The notes below the pieces were generated by a model. It saw only the letters and a program-made list of their open reading frames with translations. It was not told where the DNA came from and ran no database searches. The position numbers were made by a program, and so were the translations under genes. Shown here piece after piece: positions 10,229 through 23,489 of a stretch of 39,503 nucleotides of DNA (the stretch's first letter is position 1; each line of letters begins with the position of its first letter). Origin of the DNA: Octopus sinensis. Its lineage: Eukaryota. Location of the stretch: the NCBI RefSeq assembly GCF_006345805.1, contig NW_021835553.1:1-39503 (forward strand), read 5' to 3'.

Positions 10229-12913
10229 ATACATACATACACTCACCATTTTACTGGCTTCAGAGTTTGGATGCTGACCCTTCTAAAGCTCAAAATTTCC
10301 CCAGGGATTTTACTTGATTGTATCAGCCCCAATGCGTGGTCCCTTTACTTGTTTCATCTTTCTATTGAATGGTTGCCCTCTTTAGTGTAAAGCGACGTAA
10401 CTCAAATCTTAAACAATACAAAGTATCTTTGTTCAACGCACCAATTTACATTGACGGGTGCACACACACACACACACACATATAGTTATAGACATGTATT
10501 CATACACATATTCACATGCACATATGTGTTATATAATCACGTGCGCGTGTGTGTGTGTATATATATATATTCTAGATTTATTTAAGTGTAGTGGATCTGT
10601 AATTTTCTTTTGTTTGGAAAACAAAGAATAGCAGAAACCTTGCTTGGAGAAGTAGGAATAGCAACACAGCGGCAACTATAATCAACGACAACAACAGCAA
10701 CAACAAGAAGAACAGACAACAACAGTCACAATATCAAAACAAGAGAAAGAAAAGCAGAGAACAATTTTATCAAATTGTTTAATCAAAAATTACTAAAAAT
10801 GGAAATATTTCAATTCCTTCTTTATTTCCTTCTTAAAAGACTTTACATAGAATGGGAAAAGAAACAAAAACAATAAAATAAACAAGCTAAAACAAAAGGT
10901 AATTTTTCAAAAATAGCTTTCAGATTTGTAAATTGTTTTAAGATGTTCTTAATTTGCAATAATTAACGTATAAAAATTCCATAAGAATCTTCAGAATCAG
11001 CTTTATTTCATTATAAATTTTAATATCATTCAATAAAATTAACTTTGATCATAACATAATAATTACTGAAAATAAAGCGAATTTCTAAACATATTGGGGA
11101 AAATTCGTGAAATTTTCGGAAAATTTCCGAATAAAATAAAATATATATATATAAATATATAAATATATATACATTGAAATTTAAACAATTAAAGAATAAA
11201 ATATGTCTCTCGTTAACTGAAAATCGGCGATGTTCATTGGCTGGTTGTAGTGTCTTTCTTTTCAAATTGACAAATATAATCATGGAATTGACGAAACTAG
11301 ATTTAAATTTTCACTGTTTTGGAGTTGTAATGATTCGATCACAATGGAACGATTGGCTGAATGGTTAACGTATTGGTTTACGGTTATAAGCACACGAGTT
11401 CAAATCCGCGGCTGATGTTCATTTATTTATTTTTTTTTTTGTGAGATAAACACTTGTTTTATGAGCCATGTTTTTTTTGGCACTTAATTGTTGAAATAAG
11501 AATTTATCCAGTGGATGGCACACCCGGTTAGACTGCACCATGCGGTTCTTTAATTCTTAGCGAGTCTACAGAATCATGAAAAATTATTGGTGGAGTTACG
11601 ACATGAACAATCTTTTTCTTTTGTCCCCACCCCACCTCTTCAACGTAATATATTCAAAGGGAGAAAAAGTTAAAGAGAGAGAGAGAGAGATAGAGGGAGA
11701 GGGAGAGAGAGAGAGTTGATGGGACTCACAGTTATCAGTATTTAGCTGGTTCTTTATTGATCAACCTCGAAATAATAGTAAAGACAGAGAAGATCTTGAT
11801 GGAATTTGAACTCAAAAGATTGAGAGCTGGAACCATGGCATCGCTTCCAACACTCTATTAATGTGTCACTTGTTTTGCTAATGAGGCCCGATAAACAGAA
11901 AAATGCTAAAAATGTTTTATGCTTGCAAGCAAATATTAGGCTCTCTTTTCCTTAAGCTCTTTAAAAACTTAAGAAGCTAATTCTTAATTTCTTAAAATTA
12001 TTTCCCTTTTCCTCTGAGACTTGTTAACAATTTTACTACTGAGTTTCTGCTTTGTTTCTCCAACTATGAGTGAAATTTTAATCATTTAGAGTTTATTGCT
12101 TACACTATTCAGTACATCACCCTTTAACTTACTAGATACCAGATTTTTGGAGAAACCTGCGTATGAAAGATATAATACCATCGTTCCCATTGGAACAGAT
12201 GTGAATTTATCAACTTTGAAACAGAATTTATTCGCAGACGGCATCTAATCATCTCTCCTTGTTCACATTTACATATTTGAAAGTTCAACTCATTCATGAT
12301 GATGATAATGATCTGGATGATGATAATGATCTAGAGAGATATCTAAGGAAAACCTATCTTTCTTCTAAGGAACATAACTGCATGCATGAACGATCCACTA
12401 TGTTCAATTATTCTTTTATAGGTTTCAGTTATTGAACTGCAGTCATCCTAGGGCACAGCATTCAGTACTATTATCAAACTCGATAGAAGGAAATCCAAAC
12501 ATCACAATAGGTGTAAATGGACAGATAAACTAATCAATTGAAAATGAATATCAACTGAGTATTGATGCTGCTCACCCTCAATCTCTCCGGCCGTCATATC
12601 CCAGATATTCTGTTGAGTCAGGTGTGAGAGGTTTGAGAAAACGTCTACAACTGCTCGAGACTACTTAGACATTTAAAGCAATTAGCAAATGCATTGTTAC
12701 ATGCTACGAACTCATATTCATTTGCGAGTAACTAGTATGGTTGTGTCTCTTTCTCGCTATTTAGATCCTTGTTGTGACGTGGTTGCTTGCATGACTCAAT
12801 AACCCCGAGTACTGAACCAGTGGAGCACAAGTTTCTAGGAGGACATCCCATGTTGGACAGACATAAGGGTAGAGACCAGACTAATGTGGACCGCATTATC
12901 TCACAGACAAAAA

Positions 12914-13143
12914 TGTCAAATGTCTCTTCATTTTTTTTTAGCGACAGGGTGGAATTTGAGGGAGATTTGGTTGCTCTTTCTAACAAGCCAATTGATCAAA
13001 TAGATGCTTTCTAATTTCTCCTTTGCTACAGTAGTTGTAACAGTTGTTCTTGTTGTTTGCCTTTCAGATAAACTTGATCTAGCAGACGTATAATTGAAGG
13101 CGTCTTAATCAGGACCAGCCCCTTATTTGAGGGATGTGAATGT
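12914..13143 (+). repeat. ~230 bp direct duplication, copy 1
   Basis: Almost identical to 16134-16374. Confidence 0.9.
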
Positions 13144-14145
13144 CTGGTCAACAATCCAAAGTTACAGAAGCATCACTCACAATTTAAAGCCAATAATACC
13201 TACATATATGCGTGTGTGTATGAAGGTAAGATCCAAGGATCAAGGTGTAGGAAGTTAGTGAGCTTCAAGAAATCCGTAGAAAATATTAGAAAAAAAACAG
13301 GAACTTTCATGAAACAATGATGGTTTATGTCGAAGTACAATAAACTGAAAAAAGTTAATTTTGTAGTTTACTGTTAGCAATAAGAGTTGTTGTATAGGCG
13401 AATAAACATTAAAAAATTAGGCTATGGGGTAGATAAAGTCCTGGCTGCATATGTTTCATTGCTAGTGGAGCCCCTGAAGTAGTAAATTATCCAAACGAGG
13501 GGTAAACTGCAAGATATTGTCAGGCCATGGATACCTTGATTATATGGAGTTTACATTGTCGTTAGGAGATGAGGTCCCGGTTATGAAGAAGACAAGCTAA
13601 ACGACAATCTGATGCGATGCAACATTCCCTTCTCTTGCTGGGAAAACAAAGCATTAGAACGCAGGATCTGGCGATAGTTCTTGCTTCTCCTCAGTTCAAA
13701 GTTTTCAGTAAACTCCAGCATCGGAACCAGCTTCGTGCAACATGAAGGCACACACACTATATATATATATAAATTTAACAATTAAGGATAACTTCTTAAT
13801 AAGGAATCTTAACAAGAAATTATCAGGTAGTTAGCGTGAAAAACCTCATAAGAAAAAAAATTGGAAAATAATTTTTTCACTTGAAAATATTTATTTATAT
13901 TGTATAGAGGGCACGCTAGGTATGTTGGTTGTTTATTTATGATGTGTTCAGAATCTGTTCTACTGATGAACAAAAGATGTATTTGATGCATTAATTGTGA
14001 AATCACAGGTGATATAGAACTAAATTCAGTTTTTTAAATGTCTTGCTTCGGGAACTGCATTAGGTATGATTAGTTAAATTTTGGTAGTAATGACTTATGT
14101 CCCTCTTAGCGTGAGGCATTTATGTGTAATAATGCCCTCTATACA

Positions 14146-14230
<85 letters not shown>

Positions 14231-14232
<2 letters not shown>

Positions 14233-14504
14233 TTGCAGCATGGAAGATGTTTATAAGATATTTAAGAACACAAAAAAACTGGTAGATTCACGTCAACTTT
14301 TAAATTAAATTTGTGTCGAAATATTTTCGTCGCTTTCCAACCGCGACCTGTTCACTGACCAAACGTCGTGCAGCATCACGAAGTAAATCTAACGGTGTTT
14401 TTGTATTTCTTAAATGGCTTATAAACACCTTCCACGCTGCAATTGTTTTTATCTCAGCACACCGTCTCAGATCAGGTCACTTGCTATGCAGGTACATCTC
14501 CGTA
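14231..14504. mobile_element. Two partial copies of one repeat in inverted orientation between (TA)n and (GT)n tracts; putative Penelope-like remnant
   Basis: 14231-14294 and 14380-14444 are imperfect reverse complements; a hammerhead-like motif lies between them. Confidence 0.6.
14315..14359 (-). ncRNA. Minimal type-I hammerhead-like ribozyme motif, G3-C8 core variant
   Basis: Minus strand GTCA-GTGAACA-G-GTCGC-GGTTGGAAA-GCGAC-GAA-AATATT-T-CGAC. Confidence 0.55.
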
Positions 14505-14513
14505 ATGTGTGTG

Positions 14514-14545
<32 letters not shown>

Positions 14546-14791
14546 CGTGTGTGTGTGTGTGTGCGTGTGTGTGTGTGTGTGCGTGTGTGTGTGTGTGTGC
14601 GTGTGTGTGTGTGTTCTATGAACAAGAAATTTTATTTATATTTATATCTTGTTCCTAGTTCTAAAAATTGTTTTGTCATGAATGTTTACTAATAGATTTT
14701 TTTTGTAATGTTTATACGTTCCAGAACGAGGGAGTTATGTATATTTACGCATATATGCATTTATACATATACGTCTATGTATATATATATA

Positions 14792-14904
<113 letters not shown>

Positions 14905-15012
14905 TATAATATATATATATATACATATATATATATAATGTGTGTATGTTTGTGTAAGTATTTTTTGACGTATTTATTTGAGTGTGCTTGTGTGCGTGTG
15001 TGTAGTCGCGCG

Positions 15013-15043
<31 letters not shown>

Positions 15044-15342
15044 ACATGTGTGTGTACATGTGTGTATACTGTGAGTCGACAAGCGCCGGAAACACAATGC
15101 CGGCCAAAACGGAAACGACGGCTTTGGAATATTTCCGGTTTCAATATCAGCGTACCACATCAGCAACGCTGAACTACACATGTTTACAAAACGTTTTACA
15201 CAACCCTGCACGCACGCACACATACACACACGCACATACACTTACACACACATACACATGTATAAAACACACACATTTACACACTCACATATATGATGTA
15301 TAAAGATCTGCCTGGATTTTTTATCCCTTTTTATGTATGCAT

Positions 15343-15810
<468 letters not shown>

Positions 15811-15878
15811 CACGTATATACATATATATATATATATACATGCATAAATATCATATAACATATATACATGTGTGTGTC

Positions 15879-15929
<51 letters not shown>

Positions 15930-16133
15930 TAGCCAGGGGGACACCAGGTGATTTCTCCTTTTGTAATAATACGATCCGTTCTTAACATCAATATTGTTTG
16001 TGTTGTTACCGTTGTTGCCGCTGGTGATCTTTTGTTCTTTTTTTTATCCCCAAGCCATCTGTAGTTGAACCTTTCTATGAACAAAGACATTCTAATTCAA
16101 ACGATACTGTCTTTTTTCTATTTAGTACTACAT

Positions 16134-16374
16134 TGTCAAATGTCTTTTCATTTTTTTTTTTTTTGTTTTTAGCGACAGGGTGGAATTTGAGGGAGATTTG
16201 GTTGCCCTTTTTAACAAGTCAATTGATCAAATAGATGCTTTCTAATTTCTCCTTTGCTACAGTAGTTGTAACAGTTGTTCTTGTTGTTTGCCTTTCAGAT
16301 AAACTTGATCTAGCGGACGTATAATTGAGGGCGTCTTAATCAGGGCCAGCCCCTTATTTGAGGGATGTGAATGT
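16134..16374 (+). repeat. ~230 bp direct duplication, copy 2
   Basis: Matches 12914-13143 with a longer T tract and a few substitutions. Confidence 0.9.
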
Positions 16375-16412
16375 TTTTCGTTTTTTCAAAGCGATAAATT
16401 CTGCAACATACT

Positions 16413-16530
16413 CGAGTTCGGCTTTGCCTTTCATCCTTTCGGGTTCGATAAAATAAGTACCATTTGGGTACTGGTCTCGATGACATCGACTATCCCCCTC
16501 CCCCAAATGTTACGCCTTGTACTTATTGTA
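16413..16530 (+). mobile_element. Degenerate family A SINE 3' fragment
   Basis: CTTTGCCTTTCATCCTTTCGGGTTCGATAAAATAAGTACC. Confidence 0.65.
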
Positions 16531-16770
16531 AAAGGGATTATTACCCACTAGCTAAGACACTTTGGATTTTGTTGCCCTCAATATTACAAGACTACTTACA
16601 TATGCGATAACTGTCCCCATTGGGAGTGTCTACCTAGAGGACTTTTTCTTGTTTTTATTATTTCTAAAAAAGCTTAGCATTTCACCCTTAAATATATGTT
16701 TGTCTGTGTTTGTATCACTTACATTCGAAATATTGTTAGATTTTATTGTTAATGTTGCTGCTGTTGCTGT

Positions 16771-17026
16771 TGAGTGAACGGTCTTTGTCCCAGAGCTCGC
16801 AAGATGGGAGAAGTCCGAAACGTGGTCCTTTGCTACTCGCAGAAGAGAAAGAAGGTCAACCCCCGACACCGTGAGCATCGACGGATGGATGAATGCGCAT
16901 CCAGGCTCAGCAGTTGCGTAGGAAGTCGGGGACAAGAAACAGGAAGAAAGAGTGAGAGAAAGTTGGGGCGAAAGAGTACAACAGGGGTCGCCACCACCCC
17001 CTGCCGGAGCCTCGTGGAGCTTTAGG
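16771..17026 (-). mobile_element. 5'-truncated family C SINE
   Basis: Matches the 3' two-thirds of 25541-25910; CAG/CAA-type tail at ~16753-16770. Confidence 0.85.
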
Positions 17027-17906
17027 CTGTTTCACTTTTTAAACCGATTGATTTCGATCGATCTTATCAGCAATCATCATCAAGTGTTTTATTCTTAGAT
17101 GTATGGTTACCACCAGAGAGAGAGTTCGAACTAACTTTATATCTAAACTAAGATTAACAACTTTCCTGTTCAAAAATTAAGATTCCCGTCTGGCAGCATC
17201 TATGAGCGCAAACATAGTTGTATGGGGAGAAGTTAACATGGCAAGTACGTAATTTTGTGTTTCTTGTCGCTGAACGGCACCTTGGGCAAATGTTTTCCGC
17301 TATAGCCCCAGTTCGACTGAAGTTACATAAGGAGTTACATATGGTAAACGGAAATAACCTGTCGTAAGACTGTTGCAGTTCTTTTGTGGTAGGCTTAATC
17401 CATTTTTATTTTTTGCTTTAATACCATCTTTTGGTTCTTGGTTGACTTTAATATCCTTCGCCCTATTACCAGCATTGATGTCAGGTCTCCGGCCGATGTA
17501 TAACTTTTTCCCTTTCTGTTACTATCTTGAATGCTCTTTAAAAATGATCTTGAAATGCCCTTCCTCCTCCTTAAGAGAAAATAAATCTACATCCCAGAAA
17601 TTAACATTGATGATAATCGGATATTAAACCGATCTAAGCGGGATATATATGAAAATATCAAACAGATATTGACTAATACAAAAATTTATGCCGTTTTCCA
17701 AGCGAGGAAAACGAGCTCCGGCCACAACGCATAACTCTAAACGGCAGACTGCTTAAGAGTTTCATCTACAGAAATTAAATTAATTGTTCGAAACTCTGGT
17801 AGTGGATTTCCGTCGTTACACTACGAGGATTTGATTGCTCGAAAACCTGAACTATCTACTCCTGAATCAACGTGTAAGTGGTCGAATATACTTCAGAAAC
17901 GTGTAC

Positions 17907-18140
17907 CTATTTCTTTACTACACACAAGGGGCTAAACACAGAGGGGCTAAACAAGGACAGACAAACGGATTAAGTCGATTATATCGACCCCAGTGCGTAA
18001 CTGGTAGTTATTTAATCGACCCCGAAAGGATGAAAGGCAAATTCGACCTCGGCGGAATTTGAACTCAGAACGTAGCGGCAGACGAAATAAGGCTACGCAT
18101 TTCGCCCGGCGTGCTAACGTTTCTGCCAGCTCGCCACCTT
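17907..18140 (-). mobile_element. Family A SINE flanked by 18-bp direct repeats
   Basis: Head AAGGTGGCGAGCTGGCAGAAACGTTAGC on the minus strand; TACTTCAGAAACGTGTAC at 17889-17906 and 18145-18162. Confidence 0.88.
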
Positions 18141-18755
18141 CGTGTACTTCAGAAACGTGTACTTTTAACGTGATTAGCAGCCATAATCAGTGTGACACAG
18201 TATGTGATAAGGCTTTACCTTTTGAAATTTAAGTGCACTCCACATGACGGGCTTCTATACAGTTTCTGTCTGCCCAGTTTTACTCACGGTGTGTGGGTGA
18301 ACGAGACCAAGACATCACGCAATAGAATCGAACCCATAATCTTGTTTTTGCGAAACTAACTTCATAACCATTCGTCTATTCTTCACCTGCCGGAAAATGC
18401 ATAATTTTCTTCAAGCAAACCACCTAAGACGTTTATGTAATTAAGAGCTGATATTACGAAGAATTTGGCCCACTTTTCACCAAAAAGGAACTAATATAGC
18501 TCCGTTTGACACAACTGCCATTACTGAAAGAGTTGTCATCCGATCAAAGACGTACTAGTTGTGACCATCACATCTTTTTTTTTCGGTCATAGAATATCCA
18601 GAACTACACTATCTAATACATCAACCTTTCATTGTTTTGTTTTGTTTTTTCCTTTTTTTTTGTGTTTCTTTTTTATTTCCTTTTTAGAAACAAAGTTGAG
18701 AGTATCAAATTATTTCAGCACAGAAGGAACATAACTAAATGCTACAAAGTATATT

Positions 18756-18971
18756 GGTTTCGAATTTTGGCACTAAGCCAGCAATTTCGAGGACGTGCGT
18801 AAGTCGATTACATCAACCCCAGTGTTCAACAGGTACTTATTTTATCAACCTGGAAAGGATGAAAGCCAAAGTCGACTTCGGTGAAATTTGAGCTTAGAAC
18901 GTAAAGACGAGCGAGACGCTACAAAGTATTTTGCCTGGCGTGCTAATGACTCTACCAGTTCGCTGCCTTAA
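18756..18971 (-). mobile_element. Diverged family A SINE with 3' tail
   Basis: Reverse complement contains the head, GTCGACTTTGGCTTTCATCC and the tail TTGCTGGCTTAGTGCCAAAATTCGAAACC. Confidence 0.75.
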
Positions 18972-18977
18972 CTGCCG

Positions 18978-19396
18978 CAAGGTATCTGGCAGAATCGTTA
19001 GCACGCCGGGCGAAATGCTTCGCGGTATTTCGTCTGCCGCTATGTTCTGAGTTTAAATTCCGCCGAAGTCGACTTTGCCGTTCATCCTTTCGAGGTCGAT
19101 AAAATAAGTACCAGTTACGCACTGGGGTCGATATAATCGACTTAATCCGTTTGTCTGTCCTTGTTTGTCCTCTCTGTGTTTAGCCCCTTGTGGGTAGTAA
19201 AGAAATAGGTATTTCGTCTGCCGCTACGTTCTGAGTTCAAATTCCGCCGAGGTCGACTTTGCCTTTCATCCTTTCGAGGTCGATTAAATAAGTACCAGTT
19301 ACGCACTGGGGTCGATATAATCGACTTAATCCGTTTGTCTGTCCTTGTTTGTCCTATCTGTGTCTAGCCCCTTGTGGGTAGTAAAGAAATAGGTAT
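18978..19396 (+). mobile_element. Family A SINE with two tandem 184-bp internal units
   Basis: GGTAT(TT) recurs at 19024, 19208 and 19392; the intervening units are near-identical. Confidence 0.9.
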
Positions 19397-19829
19397 ATTG
19401 TCCGGCATGTTTCTCAAAGTAGTGTCCATGAGAATGGAAATGCATGTCAACACTTCTGAAATTCTTTGCCCAAGACATCTTTCGCAATTTTGGTACCTTT
19501 TTATATATCTGACAATATAACAACCCTTCTTTGTACAACCATCACCGTATCGTCACCTTACCCCACAAGTACTGCTCATCATTCTACCATGTAATATTTA
19601 TTTCCTTTTTCTCTAACTGAATGAAGTACTGGGGGTGGCAGGAGTGGAGGCGGGGAAGAAACGCAGAATTAAACGGTGTTAAGGGGGGGGGGGACAAAGT
19701 GGGGTGGTAGTTGCGATGTCAAGTGTGGGGGGTAATGTCGGTAATTAGGTTACGTGGTGGTATAGTGGTATACATGAGAAGTGAAAAGAAAAGAATGTCG
19801 GGAATTAATTAGAGTTGGAGCGGATAAAG

Positions 19830-19860
<31 letters not shown>

Positions 19861-20302
19861 CAACAACAACTACAACAACAATAATGATAGTTTTAAAAGC
19901 AATAGAAAATTAATAAAAACAAGAAAATCCCTCCTGGGTGTCAAGAAGTAGATGAGGCGGGGGTGATGCTGAAGTGGACGAATGGGGCTGAAGATTAGAG
20001 CGACTAGTCCCATGAGAGCAGCCTTGTTATGAATAGGGAGCAGAAGCTATGTACGTATGAGTGTACGGATGGATGGATGGACGGATGGATGGATGGATGG
20101 AAGGATGAGGGTATGTGTGCGGTTAGGTGGTGAGACGAGGGTGAATGGGTTGAACGAACGGTAGAATGAATGGAGTTGTTTAACAGAATATAAAAAAAAA
20201 GAAGAATCGCACTTTCTCTTTCTCTCACGCACCCCTGCACCCCACTCCTACCCCCAGCTACAATAAAAGCAAAGGCAAAAACAATAACACCAGATTATGA
20301 AA

Positions 20303-20700
20303 AGCGGCGGCGGCGGCGGCGGTGGTGGGTGGTGGTGGTGGTGTGGTGGTGGTGTGGTGGTGGTGGTGGTGGTGAGTGGTGGTGGTGGTGACAGTGGCGG
20401 TGGTGGCGGCGGCGGTGGTGGTGGTGTGGTGGTGGTGGTGGTGGTGGTGGGGTGGTGGTGTGGTGGTGAGTGGTGGTGGTGGTGAGTGGTGGTGGTGGCA
20501 GTGGCGGTGGTGGCGGCGGCGGTGGTGGTGGTGGTGGTGGTGATGTTGGTGGTGGTGGTGGTGATGGTGGTGATGGCGGCGGTGGCGGTGGTGGTGGTGG
20601 TGCTGCTGGTGGTGGTGATGGCGGTGGTGATGGCGGTGGTGCTGGTGCTGGTGCTGGTTTTGGTGGTGGTGGTGGGTGGTGGCGGTGGTGGTGGTGATGA
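20303..20700. repeat. (GGT)n/(GGC)n G-rich trinucleotide tract
   Basis: Direct reading. Confidence 0.95.
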
Positions 20701-20989
20701 GATTGAGTGAGATTATGATAAGGAATAAAAGAATCAAATCTCTAAGACGGAATATGCCAATTAAAAGGTTGGCCTTCCGTAATCTCACAACATCATCCGC
20801 TAATTAGAGTAATGATATTCTTTCCACCGCTTTCATTCATCTGGACTGCGACCGTGCTGGAGCATTACTTTCTAAGACACACACACACACGCGCACAAAT
20901 GCACATATACACAGATATACACACACACAGATATATATATATGCATATATACATATATCTATATATATATGTATGTATATATATATATA

Positions 20990-21023
<34 letters not shown>

Positions 21024-21029
21024 AACACA

Positions 21030-21250
21030 GAGGCGCAATGGCCTAGTGGTTAGGGCAGCGAACTCGCGGTCGCAGGATCGCGGTTTCGATTCTCAGACCG
21101 GGCGTTGTGTGTGTTTATTGAACGAAAACACCTAAAAGCTCTACGAGGCTCCGGCAAGGGGTGGTGATCCCTGCTGTACTCTTTCACCACAATGGCGGTG
21201 CCCCAGCATGGCCACAGCTCAAGAGCTGAAACTGGAAAAACAAAAAACAA
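21030..21250 (+). mobile_element. Chimeric SINE: family C tRNA head/body joined to a family-B-like 3' end
   Basis: 21030-21192 matches the head at 25541; 21193 onward TGGCGGTGCCCCAGCATGGCCACAGCTC...CTGAAAC matches the family B terminus GGCAGTGCTCCAGCATGGCCGCAGTC...CTGAAAC at ~35420-35458. Confidence 0.75.
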
Positions 21251-21661
21251 AAAACATGCAAACAAACTCACACACACACCACACACAAACGCACATTAAT
21301 CTGCTTTTGTTCTTTTGGTTGTTGTTATTGTTAGCTATCCGCCCTACCCCACCCCTCGATCATCCCCAAAACTGACTGATTAGACACTGTGACCAAGGTT
21401 CTAGTCTTCACCATCTTGTCTGTCTGTGTGTCAGAGACTACATAATCCATTGTAATCTTAACTTAAGCCATTGTTATGGTGTTGAGGAAGATTTGCCTGC
21501 TTTTTCTAGCGGGTCAAGCGACCTTGTAAAAGACACGACTTAAAACGAAATGGACACAGCACACCTTGAACTCCTGAATTCATGGGTTTCTCCCAGTTAA
21601 TTTTCACCAGAGAGCTGAAAACACAACCACAACCCGACTGTGATTTGCACAACTATACCAT

Positions 21662-21843
21662 ACTCTTTTACTCTTTTACTTGTTTCAGTCATTTGACTGC
21701 GGCCATGCTGGAGCACCGCCTTTAGTCGAGCAAATCAACCGCGGGACTTATTCTTTGTAAGCCCAGTACTTATTCTATCGGTCTCTTTTGCCGAACCGCA
21801 TCGGTTGTCAAGCAATGCTAGGGGGACAAACACAGACACACAA

Positions 21844-21894
<51 letters not shown>

Positions 21895-22055
21895 TACGAC
21901 AGGCTTCTTTCAGTTTCCGTCTACCAAATCCACTCACAAGGCATTGGTCGGCCCGGGGCTATAGCAGAAGACACTTGCCCAAGATGCCACGCAGTGGGAC
22001 TGAACCCGGAACCATGTGGTTGGTTAGCAAGCTACTTACCACACAGCCACTCATG
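21662..22055 (-). mobile_element. Bipartite SINE family B
   Basis: Colinear with 7082-7486 apart from an internal deletion; (ACTCTTTT)n tail. Confidence 0.9.
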
Positions 22056-22524
22056 CCGTTATTTTTTTTTTTAATTCCTTTATTTTTCAGCTAGAGTGTA
22101 TCTTAAGGCAGATTTGGCTGCTGTTTATGGTAGATCAAGCAGACAGGTAAAATACTTTTCATATCAATATGTGAAAAGAATTATGCACTGGAAAGACAGG
22201 GTACATAGAAAGTGTTTTAATACACACCTGGTATATAATTCATTGACCGCGGACAGGTGAGAAACAGTCGACTCTAAATTCCTGATATTTACTTTGCATT
22301 GGTATAAGGATGATTCTCAGTATATTACGGGTACTGAATCAGACCTATTATGATAGTGATACTGGCCCTTTCTTCAACATGTTAATGGGATTAAATTCAC
22401 CGCCGCTGAATCCACCCTAATCTATTACGGGGACTAAATCTATCCTCAGCATAATAATAGCAGGCCTGGATCCACAATCAGTATTTGCTGGAATTGAATC
22501 TACTTGCAATACGTTACTTCATCT

Positions 22525-22870
22525 AAGGAGACGAGCTGGAAGAAAATGCTTAGCGGTATTTCGTCCGGAGTTCAAATTCTGCCGATGTCGACTTTGCCTT
22601 TCATCCTTTCGGGGTCGATAAATTAAATACCAGTTACGCACTGGGGTCGATGTAATTGACATAATACCTTTGTCTGTCCTTGTTTGTCCTCTCTATGTTT
22701 AGCCCCTTGTGGATAATAAAGAAATAGGTATTTCGTCCGGCTTTACGCTCTGGGTTCAAATTCTGCCGATGTCGACTTTGCTTTTCATCCTTACGGGATC
22801 AATAAAATAAGTAATCAACTTAGCCACTCCCCTGAAATTGTTGGCCTTGTGCCAAAATTTGAAACCAATA
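22525..22870 (+). mobile_element. Family A SINE: head, internal unit, repeated core, tail
   Basis: Core occurs twice 172 bp apart; ends TTGTTGGCCTTGTGCCAAAATTTGAAACCAATA. Confidence 0.85.
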
Positions 22871-23457
22871 TATTGCTACTACTGAATCCACCTTGAAAAT
22901 ATTAAACTCTCTTACGAGTAATATAAAACAATATAAATGCCTTGCTTACAGGAGATTATATCATCGATTTTGTCCTACGAATATAAAAGCTATGTCAGAA
23001 ATAGATTTCCTTCAATTTCCTTCCATGGCTAGAGCTTTGCATACAGAAGTCTACGCATCACAAGTCTAAAGGAAAGGATGAGCCAAAATAAGATATCTTG
23101 TCTCAATAAATGTCGCAGACTCGAAAATGTGGGAGAATCATGTTCTTCAAATGTTGGGTGAAGAGCTTTAAAATAACCAAGAACATTACGTGTGCAATTG
23201 GTGTTATATCAGAGAAGCCTTTTTCTGGGGATATGCGTCGACGAATGCGAATGGTTGCTGAAATCCATAGGGTCTTACAACACTCCAGATAACAACAGAG
23301 AATTTCTAAGACCCTTACGCTTTTGCTCGAGAGTTGTTGACCCTACCTAGGGTAATCTGTCCCCTTCATAAATATTGTTTTTTGGCGGGGTAGATGCACC
23401 AGTTTAGACACCATAAATACAGTCATGCATAAAAAGGTACATACATACATACATACA

Positions 23458-23489
<32 letters not shown>

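Noticed and set aside
12113-12248. Possible terminal exon TSPFNLLDTRFLEKPAYERYNTIVPIGTDVNLSTLKQNLFADGI*
   Set aside because: Only 44 codons, a weak acceptor, no partner exon and no recognisable homology.
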